This document shows, in pieces, positions 8,138 through 15,618 of a DNA stretch of 64,000 nucleotides (the stretch's first letter is position 1; each line of letters begins with the position of its first letter). Under the pieces are notes generated by a model, which made no database searches, was not told the DNA's origin, and saw nothing but the letters and a program-made list of their open reading frames with translations. The stretch lies in the NCBI GenBank assembly GCA_017860455.1, contig JAGDMF010000008.1, positions 9,742 to 73,741 of the forward strand. Reading direction: 5' to 3'. The stretch comes from Bacteroidota bacterium. Its GTDB lineage: Bacteria > Bacteroidota > Bacteroidia > Bacteroidales > WCHB1-69. The translations under genes and the position numbers were made by a program.

Positions 8138-8236
8138 GCACCTAACAAGCGGTAAGCAGTAACAGGCAGATAGGTCGGCACAAACAGAAAATGCCTTCAC
8201 GTTAGCCTGCTACTACTACCGCCAGCCGTTAGGTGC
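8138..8236 (+). repeat. attC-like recombination site (99 bp)
   Basis: GCACCTAAC (8138-8146) is the exact reverse complement of GTTAGGTGC (8228-8236). The inner arms GGTAAGCAGTAACAGG and CCTGCTACTACTACC pair imperfectly. The outer boxes fit RYYYAAC / GTTRRRY. Confidence 0.7.
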
Positions 8237-8282
8237 CATTTGAAATCAGAATAAAAAACATATAAAATTAAAAAATAATAAA

Positions 8283-8924
8283 ATGAAAAAAATGATTAAA
8301 AACCTTTTGAGCCCTTTTACACCTCAGTTTATACAGAATATGTTGAAAAAAAGGGTTGACAAAAAACAGTTAAGGAAGTGGAATGAAAATGGTTGTCCTG
8401 TTCCTCCGCCTCACATTATCAAGCAGATGACCATACAAGAGTATCAAAAACAAACTCAATATAAAGTGTTAGTAGAAACGGGTACCTATATGGGGGATAT
8501 GGTTGAAGCGCAAAAGAGAATATTTAGAGCTATTTTTTCCATTGAATTAGGAATCGATTTGTTTAATAAAGCAACAAAAAGATTCAAGAACGATAAAAAT
8601 GTTACTATTGTTCAAGGGGATAGTGGAAAAATACTCCCCAAAATAGTATTAACACTAAACGAACCTGCCATATTCTGGTTAGATGGTCATTATTCAGCCG
8701 GGATCACGGCTAAAGGAGAGAAAGATTGCCCCATATTTGAGGAATTGGATGCCATATTTGACAGCCAGAAAAATAATCACATTTTACTCATTGACGATGC
8801 AAGATGTTTTAACGGTGAAGGAGATTACCCCACCATTAATCAATTGACAGATTATATAAAAAATAAAAATGAAAAATATCATGTTGAAGTTAAACACGAT
8901 ATTATTCGATATGTAATCAAATAG
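8283..8924 (+). CDS. Putative class I SAM-dependent methyltransferase (cassette ORF)
   Basis: [19 protein letters not shown] and FWLDGHYS motifs resemble the TylF/CmcI-like methyltransferase fold. The assignment is by eye only. No own TAnnTTTG box was seen upstream. Confidence 0.5.
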   Translation: MKKMIKNLLSPFTPQFIQNMLKKRVDKKQLRKWNENGCPVPPPHIIKQMTIQEYQKQTQYKVLVETGTYMGDMVEAQKRIFRAIFSIELGIDLFNKATKRFKNDKNVTIVQGDSGKILPKIVLTLNEPAIFWLDGHYSAGITAKGEKDCPIFEELDAIFDSQKNNHILLIDDARCFNGEGDYPTINQLTDYIKNKNEKYHVEVKHDIIRYVIK

Positions 8925-8949
8925 TAGTAAAATAAAGCGATGTACAAGT

Positions 8950-9110
8950 CTGCCGACCGCCGTCTGCCGACTGCCGTCTGCCGACCGCCGTCTGCCGACT
9001 GCCGTCTGCCGACTGCCGACCGCCGTCTGCCGACTGCCGTCTGCCGTCTGCCGACTGCCGACCGCCGTCCGCAATCTGCCGTCCTTTCCCCCTTCCCCTT
9101 TCCCCAGTCT
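8950..9110. repeat. Mosaic block C: ~19 heptamers CTGCCGW/CCGCCGT, then C/T-rich heptamers
   Basis: Direct reading: CTGCCGACCGCCGTCTGCCGACTGCCGT... followed by CCTTTCCCCCTTCCCCTTTCCCCAGTCT. Confidence 0.95.
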
Positions 9111-9150
9111 AATTAGCACAATGTTTTTTTGCCCTTTCAAAATATTGTAA

Positions 9151-9158
9151 TATATTTG
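9151..9158 (+). promoter_or_regulatory. Bacteroidota -7 box (TATATTTG) within a conserved promoter module
   Basis: The module TTTTGCCCTTTCAAAATATTGTAATATATTTGCAAA (9125-9163) recurs at 13900-13935. Confidence 0.55.
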
Positions 9159-9259
9159 CAAATCAATACTAATATAAAAAATACCGTTTTTCATCCAAAT
9201 ATTGAGAACTTACCGTAATATAAAGTTAAAATAGTAAGGATTATAAGCAACTTCCGTCA

Positions 9260-9919
9260 ATGCAAAAAATGAAAACAATAATAACAATAATCCTTCTGGC
9301 AATTTTGACAGCATGTTCCTACGAAAAAAAGGATTTGGAACAAACCAACGCTGTTGAAAATGTTGTAATAACTTCTACATCTACTTCGTCAATAAAACCT
9401 GTTTTAACAGGAAATGATTTGGTGGACAAAATGAATGAAATTAAAAATATACCATATAGAACTTTTCCATATAACTTGCAAGAAATTGACTCAATTACAT
9501 GGAACTGTGGTGACTCATTGTATTGGGAAATTGTACAACTTGGACAAGACGCAATTCCATATTTGATAACTAAGGTTCAAGACAGCACTATGACAGACAT
9601 TCAAATCCCATGTAGAGACATTAATCTGACTGTCGGGACAATTGCTTTTATCACTCTTAACGATATTATATCTATACCAAATGCTATTGTTTTTGAATGT
9701 CAATACGATGTTTTAATGTTAAACTGTGATTTTGAATTTCCGGTGGGACTACTTGAATACGTAAATACAAATCCACAAGAAGTACATGAAAAACTATTGA
9801 AGTGGTATGAAAAGTACGGAAAGACAATAAAAAAGAAAAAGCTTAAAAAGTCTGAGCAAAATGATTGTAAAAAAAAATATGGAATTAACTATGAATTTTC
9901 AATAAATTATAAATGGTAA
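9260..9919 (+). CDS. Hypothetical lipoprotein
   Basis: Signal peptide with lipobox (LAILTAC). Overlaps the dgkA start by 7 nt, suggesting an operon. Confidence 0.6.
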   Translation: MQKMKTIITIILLAILTACSYEKKDLEQTNAVENVVITSTSTSSIKPVLTGNDLVDKMNEIKNIPYRTFPYNLQEIDSITWNCGDSLYWEIVQLGQDAIPYLITKVQDSTMTDIQIPCRDINLTVGTIAFITLNDIISIPNAIVFECQYDVLMLNCDFEFPVGLLEYVNTNPQEVHEKLLKWYEKYGKTIKKKKLKKSEQNDCKKKYGINYEFSINYKW

Positions 9920-10293
9920 CAAGACAAAAATTTTCAATATTCAAAAGACTCAAAAGTTTTGAACATGCTTTTAATGGATTGCTAATTTTGATAAAAGAGG
10001 AGCACAATGCTAGAATACATTTATTCGCTACGATTTGTGTTATCTTTGCTGGAGTCTTATTTAAAATATCTTTGAATGAATGGATTGCAATTATTTTTTC
10101 AATTGGACTTGTATTTTGTCTTGAGATCATAAACTCTTCGATTGAAAATATAGCTGACTTTATATATCCGGAAAAGCATGAAAAGATAAAAAAAATTAAG
10201 GATTTATCAGCTTCTGGTGTGTTAATGAGTGCCATAACAGCAATGATAATTGGATTGATCATTTTTATTCCTAAAATAATCAAATTATGCTAA
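9913..10293 (+). CDS. dgkA: Diacylglycerol kinase / undecaprenol kinase family (DgkA)
   Basis: 126 aa with three hydrophobic helices. FEHAFNGL......E.N.RIH and E..NS.IE...D motifs are typical of prokaryotic DAGK. Confidence 0.8.
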   Translation: MVTRQKFSIFKRLKSFEHAFNGLLILIKEEHNARIHLFATICVIFAGVLFKISLNEWIAIIFSIGLVFCLEIINSSIENIADFIYPEKHEKIKKIKDLSASGVLMSAITAMIIGLIIFIPKIIKLC

Positions 10294-10426
10294 AAATAGT
10301 AAAAGATACAAAAAGATTAAACGAAACACATCGCTATTAAAAAATCACCATAAGAGATTAACTTTCACCATGTTTCGATGTATTGCAACCATTGAACGGA
10401 GCTTCCGACTAATAATTGATCATTAA

Positions 10427-10490
10427 CCTTTTGCCTTGTCCTTGGTTCTTTGCCCTTCGCCTTTTGCCTTTCGCCTTTTGCCCTTTTTTT
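10427..10490. repeat. Mosaic block D: CCTTTTG/CCCTTCG/CCTTTCG heptamers
   Basis: Direct reading: CCTTTTGCCTTGTCCTTGGTTCTTTGCCCTTCGCCTTTTGCCTTTCGCCTTTTGCCC. Confidence 0.9.
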
Positions 10491-10492
10491 TA

Positions 10493-10625
10493 TATATTTG
10501 CAAACGAAATAATATACACCCTTAAAGTTTTCTTAAGGTGCACAAATCTTCCAGAATGGGATGATTAGATACACTTGTTAAGGTTTTAAGGTGCATAAAT
10601 ATAAACGAGTTAGGTGCAATTTTAA
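10493..10625 (+). repeat. 133-bp conserved promoter-plus-leader unit, copy 2
   Basis: Same order of motifs as 7588-7720. The -7 box TATATTTG is at 10493-10500 and the GTTAGGTGC core at 10609-10617. The ORF starts 21 nt later. Confidence 0.85.
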
Positions 10626-10637
10626 AAATCGCTTTTT

Positions 10638-11555
10638 ATGAAGAAAATTCTAATTTTCATTTTTGTGATTATTTTTTGTAATATAAATGCTCAAAATGTG
10701 ACTACATCATTAAGAGAAGAAATATTGAATGGGAAAATAAAAATCATCAAACAAAAAATATATATGGAAGATAAAGTAGATACTATGCTTTATATTTTCA
10801 ATGATTTAGGATTATTAATAGAGGAAATTCAATTTAGAGTACACACTTTTTACTTTTATAACTCTAACAATCAAAAAATAAAATCAATTTCTAATTATTT
10901 GGAATATGGAGGTATTGAATCTCATACAAATGAATATTTTTATGAAGATGGAACTTTAATTAAGCATATTCTAAAATATCCTCCCTCTACGGACACAATT
11001 ACCCGATTTTTTGATTACTTTGTCACATATTATAAATATGATTTTAATAATCAATTGATTGAAGTTAGGAAATTTAATAAACACAAAAAAAATAAAACTG
11101 AAACTTTCTCAGAACATTATAAATATCAATATGATTCTTGTGGAAACAAAACAATTGAAGAAAAATTTGATTCAAATGGGAATAAATTAGAGATAATTGA
11201 GAAAAAATACATGAATAACATACTATTGGAAACAAATACATGGATGAAATTTGAAGGAGAAGATTTATATCTTAAAACTATTTATTTATATGATGATAAT
11301 GGAAATCTTGAAAGTCAAATTGAAATTGTTTATATGTATGGTAGTAAAACAGATATTGTTACTCAATCAACTACAAGTTATTTTTATGATGATCAACAAA
11401 GATTGATAAAAGTTATTGAACCTTGGCATCCAAATAATAAAATCACGACTTATAGCGATTTTGACATAAATGACAATTGGTTGCAAAAAATTATTATTGA
11501 CAACAACGGAAAAGTTAAAAAATATACACGTGAAATAGAATACTTCAATGAATAA
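10638..11555 (+). CDS. Secreted repeat protein (YD/RHS-like short repeats), hypothetical
   Basis: Signal peptide present. Recurrent Y.YD..GN... motifs (YQYDSCGNK, YLYDDNGNL, YFYDDQQRL). Shares the IFNDLGL.IEEI motif with ORF 43877-44293. Confidence 0.55.
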   Translation: MKKILIFIFVIIFCNINAQNVTTSLREEILNGKIKIIKQKIYMEDKVDTMLYIFNDLGLLIEEIQFRVHTFYFYNSNNQKIKSISNYLEYGGIESHTNEYFYEDGTLIKHILKYPPSTDTITRFFDYFVTYYKYDFNNQLIEVRKFNKHKKNKTETFSEHYKYQYDSCGNKTIEEKFDSNGNKLEIIEKKYMNNILLETNTWMKFEGEDLYLKTIYLYDDNGNLESQIEIVYMYGSKTDIVTQSTTSYFYDDQQRLIKVIEPWHPNNKITTYSDFDINDNWLQKIIIDNNGKVKKYTREIEYFNE

Positions 11556-11564
11556 AAAAACTGC

Positions 11565-11683
11565 TACTAACCAACGCTAAACCCCTTAAGGCCTTACTCC
11601 ACGTGACAAACATAAAAATAAAAAATAAACTAACACTCGCTGGACAATTGACGTCGATGCCCTCATGGGGCTTAGCGTCGGGC
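11565..11683 (+). repeat. attC-like site with degenerate outer boxes (119 bp)
   Basis: About 85% identical by eye to 12590-12711. The inner boxes ACGCTAAACCCC and GGGGCTTAGCGT pair with one mismatch. The outer boxes TACTAAC and GTCGGGC deviate from consensus. Confidence 0.55.
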
Positions 11684-11745
11684 TTTATGCACCATATAAT
11701 TGAATTACAGTGAACTTAAATCATTCTAATTTCATAAAAATTGTG

Positions 11746-11753
11746 TATTTTTG
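11746..11753 (+). promoter_or_regulatory. -7 box (TATTTTTG) for the VbhA/Fic pair
   Basis: Lies 24 nt upstream of the ATG at 11778. The GTG at 11757 is too close to be a plausible start. Confidence 0.5.
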
Positions 11754-11777
11754 TGAGTGATTTTTAACAATTACATA

Positions 11778-11999
11778 ATGTACAAAACTATAGACATTGA
11801 TCGCAAAAATTTGACCTTAATGGGTGTAAAATTTTCTGACTTAAAAACATTGGAAAATACAGCTAATGCTATTGGGACAAATATGTTTGAAGGTTTTGAA
11901 CCAACAAGAGAATTAATTCAACTTTATGTTGATTGGAAGACCGGAGTCATCACGGAATCTGAATTATTATCAACGTTATATACCATTTATGGAAAATAA
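11778..11999 (+). CDS. VbhA-type antitoxin of a class I Fic toxin
   Basis: Small ORF containing the inhibitory (S/T)xxxE(G/N) motif as TNMFEG. Its stop overlaps the Fic ATG (ATGGAAAATAA). Confidence 0.7.
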   Translation: MYKTIDIDRKNLTLMGVKFSDLKTLENTANAIGTNMFEGFEPTRELIQLYVDWKTGVITESELLSTLYTIYGK

Positions 12000-12585
12000 C
12001 TATCATTATTTAGATACAGAACTAAAATACACAAACAAAAATGGCTTACTTTATAATCTGGCTAACATAGAAGATGAAAAAATTCTATTAGTATTTGAAA
12101 GTTTAAAAGTTTCTAAAAGGATTGAAGAGTTAAATGAAAAACCAATAAAGATAAAGAATTCAGATTCTTTGCCAAAAATTCATTATTATTTATTTCAAGA
12201 TGTTTATGAATGGGCTGGCCAAGTCAGAGTTGTTAACATAAGCAAAAATGGGAAACCATTTTTCAATAAAGAGAGATTTCATATTGCATTTAAATATCTT
12301 GATACATTAATTTTTGAATATCGTAAAATTAGAAAGACAAATAAAGCTGAATTAGCTAAGAAATTAGCTGTAATATTGGAAAACATAAACTATCTTCATC
12401 CGTTTAGAGAAGGAAATGGACGAACTCAAAGAGAATTTTTGAGAATTTTAGCATTAGAAAAAGGATTACATTTAAATTTAAATCCGCCTGATAATAAAAA
12501 TGTTTATGAAAGGTATATGCAAGGTACAATTAAAAGTGATATTGGGATATTATCAGAGTTAATTTTAGAATTAATTGAAAAATAA
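11989..12585 (+). CDS. Fic family protein (AMPylation-type toxin)
   Basis: Fic motif HPFREGNGRTQREF is present. The start was moved to the in-frame ATG at 11989, which overlaps the antitoxin stop. Confidence 0.85.
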   Translation: MENNYHYLDTELKYTNKNGLLYNLANIEDEKILLVFESLKVSKRIEELNEKPIKIKNSDSLPKIHYYLFQDVYEWAGQVRVVNISKNGKPFFNKERFHIAFKYLDTLIFEYRKIRKTNKAELAKKLAVILENINYLHPFREGNGRTQREFLRILALEKGLHLNLNPPDNKNVYERYMQGTIKSDIGILSELILELIEK

Positions 12586-12589
12586 CGGT

Positions 12590-12711
12590 GCCTAACAAAC
12601 GCTAAACCCCTTATGGGCCTACTCCACGTGACAAACGATAAACAAAAATAAATAAACTAACACTCGCTGGCCAATTGACGTCGAATGCCCACACGGGGCT
12701 TAGTGTTAGGC
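12590..12711 (+). repeat. attC-like recombination site (122 bp)
   Basis: GCCTAAC (12590-12596) and GTTAGGC (12705-12711) both match consensus exactly. Inner boxes GCTAAACCCC and GGGGCTTAG pair with one mismatch. The site starts 5 nt after the Fic stop. Confidence 0.7.
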
Positions 12712-12749
12712 CTTAGCGAACATTATAAAACAACAACAATTCACAAGTT

Positions 12750-13817
12750 ATGAAATTAGAAGATCTTGGGTATAACGAGAAATTACAAAAATTAAGAGTC
12801 GAAAATAACCTTTCAGACTTTGAAATTGGAAGAGTGATCGCGGAACATAAGGAAAGATATATTGTAAAAACCGAAAACGGAGAATATGATGCCGAAATAA
12901 CTGGTAATTTGCGATTTTCAGCAAATAGCCGCATAGATTTTCCTGCAGTTGGCGATTGGGTTGCTTTGACAACCTATGATTCAGATTTTGCCGTAATCCA
13001 TAAAATAGTTCCGAGACTATCCTTAATTACAAGACAAGCCGTTGGTCATTATGGAGAGATACAAATAATTGCTGCAAATATTGATTATGCATTTCTAATT
13101 CAAGCCGTTGACCGGGATTTTAATGTCAATAGACTTGAAAGATACCTGACTATATGTTATTCATCTAAAGTAAAACCAATAATTGTATTAACGAAAACTG
13201 ATTTAATTAATGAACAAAAGCGTACTGAAATTATTGACAGTATTAAACAACGGATAAAAGAGATTGAAATTATTTCAATTAGTAACAAAACTCAGGATGG
13301 ATACGAAGCACTGAAAAGGAGTATTGTAAAAGGGAAGACCTATTGTATGCTTGGTTCTTCAGGTGTGGGTAAGTCAACACTATTGAACAATCTCTCCGGG
13401 GAAGCTGTAATGAGAACCGACACAATTAGCCAAAGTACCAATAAAGGAAGACACATAACAAGTCACAGGGAATTAATTGTTCTTGAAAGTGGTGGAATTC
13501 TTATTGACAATCCGGGCATGAGAGAAGTTGGGATTGCGGATACATCAGACGGATTAGAAACAACTTTTGATATCATTATCCGTCTTTCTCTAAATTGTAA
13601 ATTTAAAGATTGTACTCATACGCACGAAATCGGGTGTTCGGTAATTGAAGCAGTTGAAAAAGGGGAAATTGATAAAAAATCCTATGAAAACTATCTGAAA
13701 ATGGAACGGGAAAAAGCCCATTTTGAATCAACCATTGAAGAGAAACGAAAAAAAGATAAAGAGTTTGGGAAATTTATTAAAAACTACAAAAAAGATATCA
13801 AGAAAAATAAATACTGA
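12750..13817 (+). CDS. rsgA: Ribosome small-subunit-dependent GTPase A (circularly permuted GTPase)
   Basis: Motifs in order: LTKTDL (G4), then GSSGVGKSTLLN (G1), then DNPG, with a C-terminal zinc knuckle CKFKDCTHTHEIGC. Confidence 0.85.
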   Translation: MKLEDLGYNEKLQKLRVENNLSDFEIGRVIAEHKERYIVKTENGEYDAEITGNLRFSANSRIDFPAVGDWVALTTYDSDFAVIHKIVPRLSLITRQAVGHYGEIQIIAANIDYAFLIQAVDRDFNVNRLERYLTICYSSKVKPIIVLTKTDLINEQKRTEIIDSIKQRIKEIEIISISNKTQDGYEALKRSIVKGKTYCMLGSSGVGKSTLLNNLSGEAVMRTDTISQSTNKGRHITSHRELIVLESGGILIDNPGMREVGIADTSDGLETTFDIIIRLSLNCKFKDCTHTHEIGCSVIEAVEKGEIDKKSYENYLKMEREKAHFESTIEEKRKKDKEFGKFIKNYKKDIKKNKY

Positions 13818-13825
13818 TTTCTTAT

Positions 13826-13899
13826 GAGTATTCGAGCACATGAGCACATGAGCATTCGAGCATTCGAGTATTCGAGCATTCGAGCACATGAGCACACGA
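13826..13899. repeat. Mosaic block E: octamers GAGCATTC/GAGCACAT/GAGTATTC
   Basis: This is the reverse complement of the GCTCGAAT/GCTCATGT family seen in island 2. It is followed by the promoter-like module at 13900-13935. Confidence 0.9.
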
Positions 13900-13984
13900 T
13901 TTTGCCCTTTCAAAACATTATGGAATTTTTGCAAACTAAAATAATATTAAAATACACAGATACACTCATTATAATCACCCAAAT

Positions 13985-14893
13985 ATGAAAAATGGAGTAT
14001 TTATTTTATTTATATCATTGATATCCTTTATTTTAAAAGGACAAGAAAACGAAAAGTATTTTGTTTTCAATAATGATACCCTGCAAATATTACCACTCAA
14101 ATACAGTACCAAAAACGCTTCAAATAGTGATCATAGGTTATTTGACTCTATTCCTAATGGCATTTATATTGATATAATTGATAGTAATAGTTTTGATATA
14201 ATAAATATTGAAGATATGTCTTTAAATGGACCTTATCAATATTATGAAAATTATGAACTGGTTGAATCAGGCTACTATAAATATGGTTATAAATCCGGAA
14301 TATGGAAGAAATACAGAAAAGATAAAGTAGTCGCAATTTATTATTACAAAAACAGTTATCCCACGGAAAGTGAGACTTACTATGAAAATGGAAGTAAAAA
14401 ATATAGATCAATATTAATTGAAGAAGGTGAAAAATACAGAATAATCTTAACTACAAAATGGTATCCTAATGGAAACAAAGAAGAACAAGGGTTAATCAAA
14501 ATTGATTCTAAATGCAATTCATGCGTTGATTGTTGTAAATATAAATCTTGGACATATTGGCATGAAAACGGTAATGTAAAATCCATTGGAGAATATTTCA
14601 AAACTAAAGAAAATGGCACCTGGGTTTTTTATGATTCAACCGGTTTTATATTTGAAACAATTGAATATAAAAAAGGTAATGTAAAAAGTTTAACAAAATA
14701 TTACTCAGAGCTAAGAGAGAATCAATATATTGACGTAATAGAAGTATATAACAAGGAGAATAAACTTAAATCAAAAATAATTGAATATTATACTGAAGAT
14801 TTCTTGTTTATTGAAATTTATAACAGAAAAGGGAAATTAGTAAAAAGAAAAAAAGAAAGTCTATATTCTTCAAAAACTCATTTCACTATATAA
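13985..14893 (+). CDS. MORN-repeat-variant (YwqK-like) secreted protein
   Basis: Signal peptide present. Repeated G.Y..G.K.G.W..Y...G motifs (GYYKYGYKSGIWKKY; GEYFKTKENGTWVFY). Confidence 0.6.
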   Translation: MKNGVFILFISLISFILKGQENEKYFVFNNDTLQILPLKYSTKNASNSDHRLFDSIPNGIYIDIIDSNSFDIINIEDMSLNGPYQYYENYELVESGYYKYGYKSGIWKKYRKDKVVAIYYYKNSYPTESETYYENGSKKYRSILIEEGEKYRIILTTKWYPNGNKEEQGLIKIDSKCNSCVDCCKYKSWTYWHENGNVKSIGEYFKTKENGTWVFYDSTGFIFETIEYKKGNVKSLTKYYSELRENQYIDVIEVYNKENKLKSKIIEYYTEDFLFIEIYNRKGKLVKRKKESLYSSKTHFTI

Positions 14894-14918
14894 GCAACTC
14901 GTTCACCTCACCAGATTT

Positions 14919-15166
14919 CACGGATTATAAAGACAGCAGACAGCGGACGGCAGACGGCGGACGGCGGACGGCAGACATGTGAAATGGTTGAATAGTAGCA
15001 AAATACAAAACTGATAGCTCTTCGCCCTTTCTCCAGTCTCCAGTCCCCTGTCCTTTAATGGAACGCGAATGCCACTGATTTTCAAACGCGGATTTAAACG
15101 AATTATAAAGTCTGCAGACTGCAGTCTGCAGACTGCAGTCTGCTGTCTTATGAGCACACGAACACC
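14919..15166. repeat. Mosaic block F
   Basis: Contains GACGGCAG-type heptamers (reverse orientation), CCAGTCY heptamers, the ~85-bp module shared with 6910-6996, CTGCAGA/CTGCAGT words and GAGCACAC. Confidence 0.9.
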
Positions 15167-15169
15167 CGA

Positions 15170-15568
15170 TTAAAAGCTACTTCCTATTGTTGTATTGTTG
15201 TCTACTAAAATTTCATTTTCAATTTCAGCAGTTACCGGAATCGCTAGGGAGGTGTACATCGCCGGATTGAGTTGTGATGATGTCAACGGTAAATAGTAAA
15301 ATTTTACTCTTACTTTATTGCAATTTGCATTTAGCTCTACAACATCTGATACTCCTCCGCCTGTGGATACATCACCTAAAGCAATAGTTCCTAATTCCTG
15401 ATTATCCTGATACATGATTAAGGCCGCACTGTATAATGTACCGTCTAATCCTGGTACGTCACTTTCAATTGTGTGTTCGTTTTTTACATAAGCTGTTGTT
15501 TTGGGATCACTACATGATACTACAACTCCACAAATTGCTGCCAGTAAAATAACCATCATTTTTTTCAT
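15170..15568 (-). CDS. Hypothetical lipoprotein
   Basis: Signal peptide with lipobox (VVSCSD). 132 aa, no family recognised. Confidence 0.55.
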   Translation of the reverse strand: MKKMMVILLAAICGVVVSCSDPKTTAYVKNEHTIESDVPGLDGTLYSAALIMYQDNQELGTIALGDVSTGGGVSDVVELNANCNKVRVKFYYLPLTSSQLNPAMYTSLAIPVTAEIENEILVDNNTTIGSSF

Positions 15569-15618
15569 AATTCTTTCTTTTTTGAGTTAATAATTAGATC
15601 TATTTTTTTTTATTTTTT

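Larger units (their letters stand above)
7588..12711 (+). mobile_element. Integron-like gene-cassette array without an integrase in the window (CALIN-like)
   Basis: All ORFs are on the + strand and are separated by attC-like palindromes at 8138-8236, 11565-11683 and 12590-12711. The GTTAGGTGC core also occurs at 7704-7712 and 10609-10617. See findings. Confidence 0.6.

Noticed and set aside
8784-9194. ORF 8784-9194 (-), and likewise 13728-13934 (-), 14918-15157 (-), 32010-32201 (+) and 32081-32332 (+)
   Set aside because: These are translations of CTGCCGW, GAGCATTC and TTCATTW arrays (for example [19 protein letters not shown] and LECSNARMLECSNARM). They overlap real gene ends or promoters.
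10294-10426. attC-like site after dgkA (GAAACA/CATCG ... TGTTTC/CGATG)
   Set aside because: The complementary segments are in direct rather than inverted order, so they cannot form one hairpin. There are no RYYYAAC/GTTRRRY boxes.
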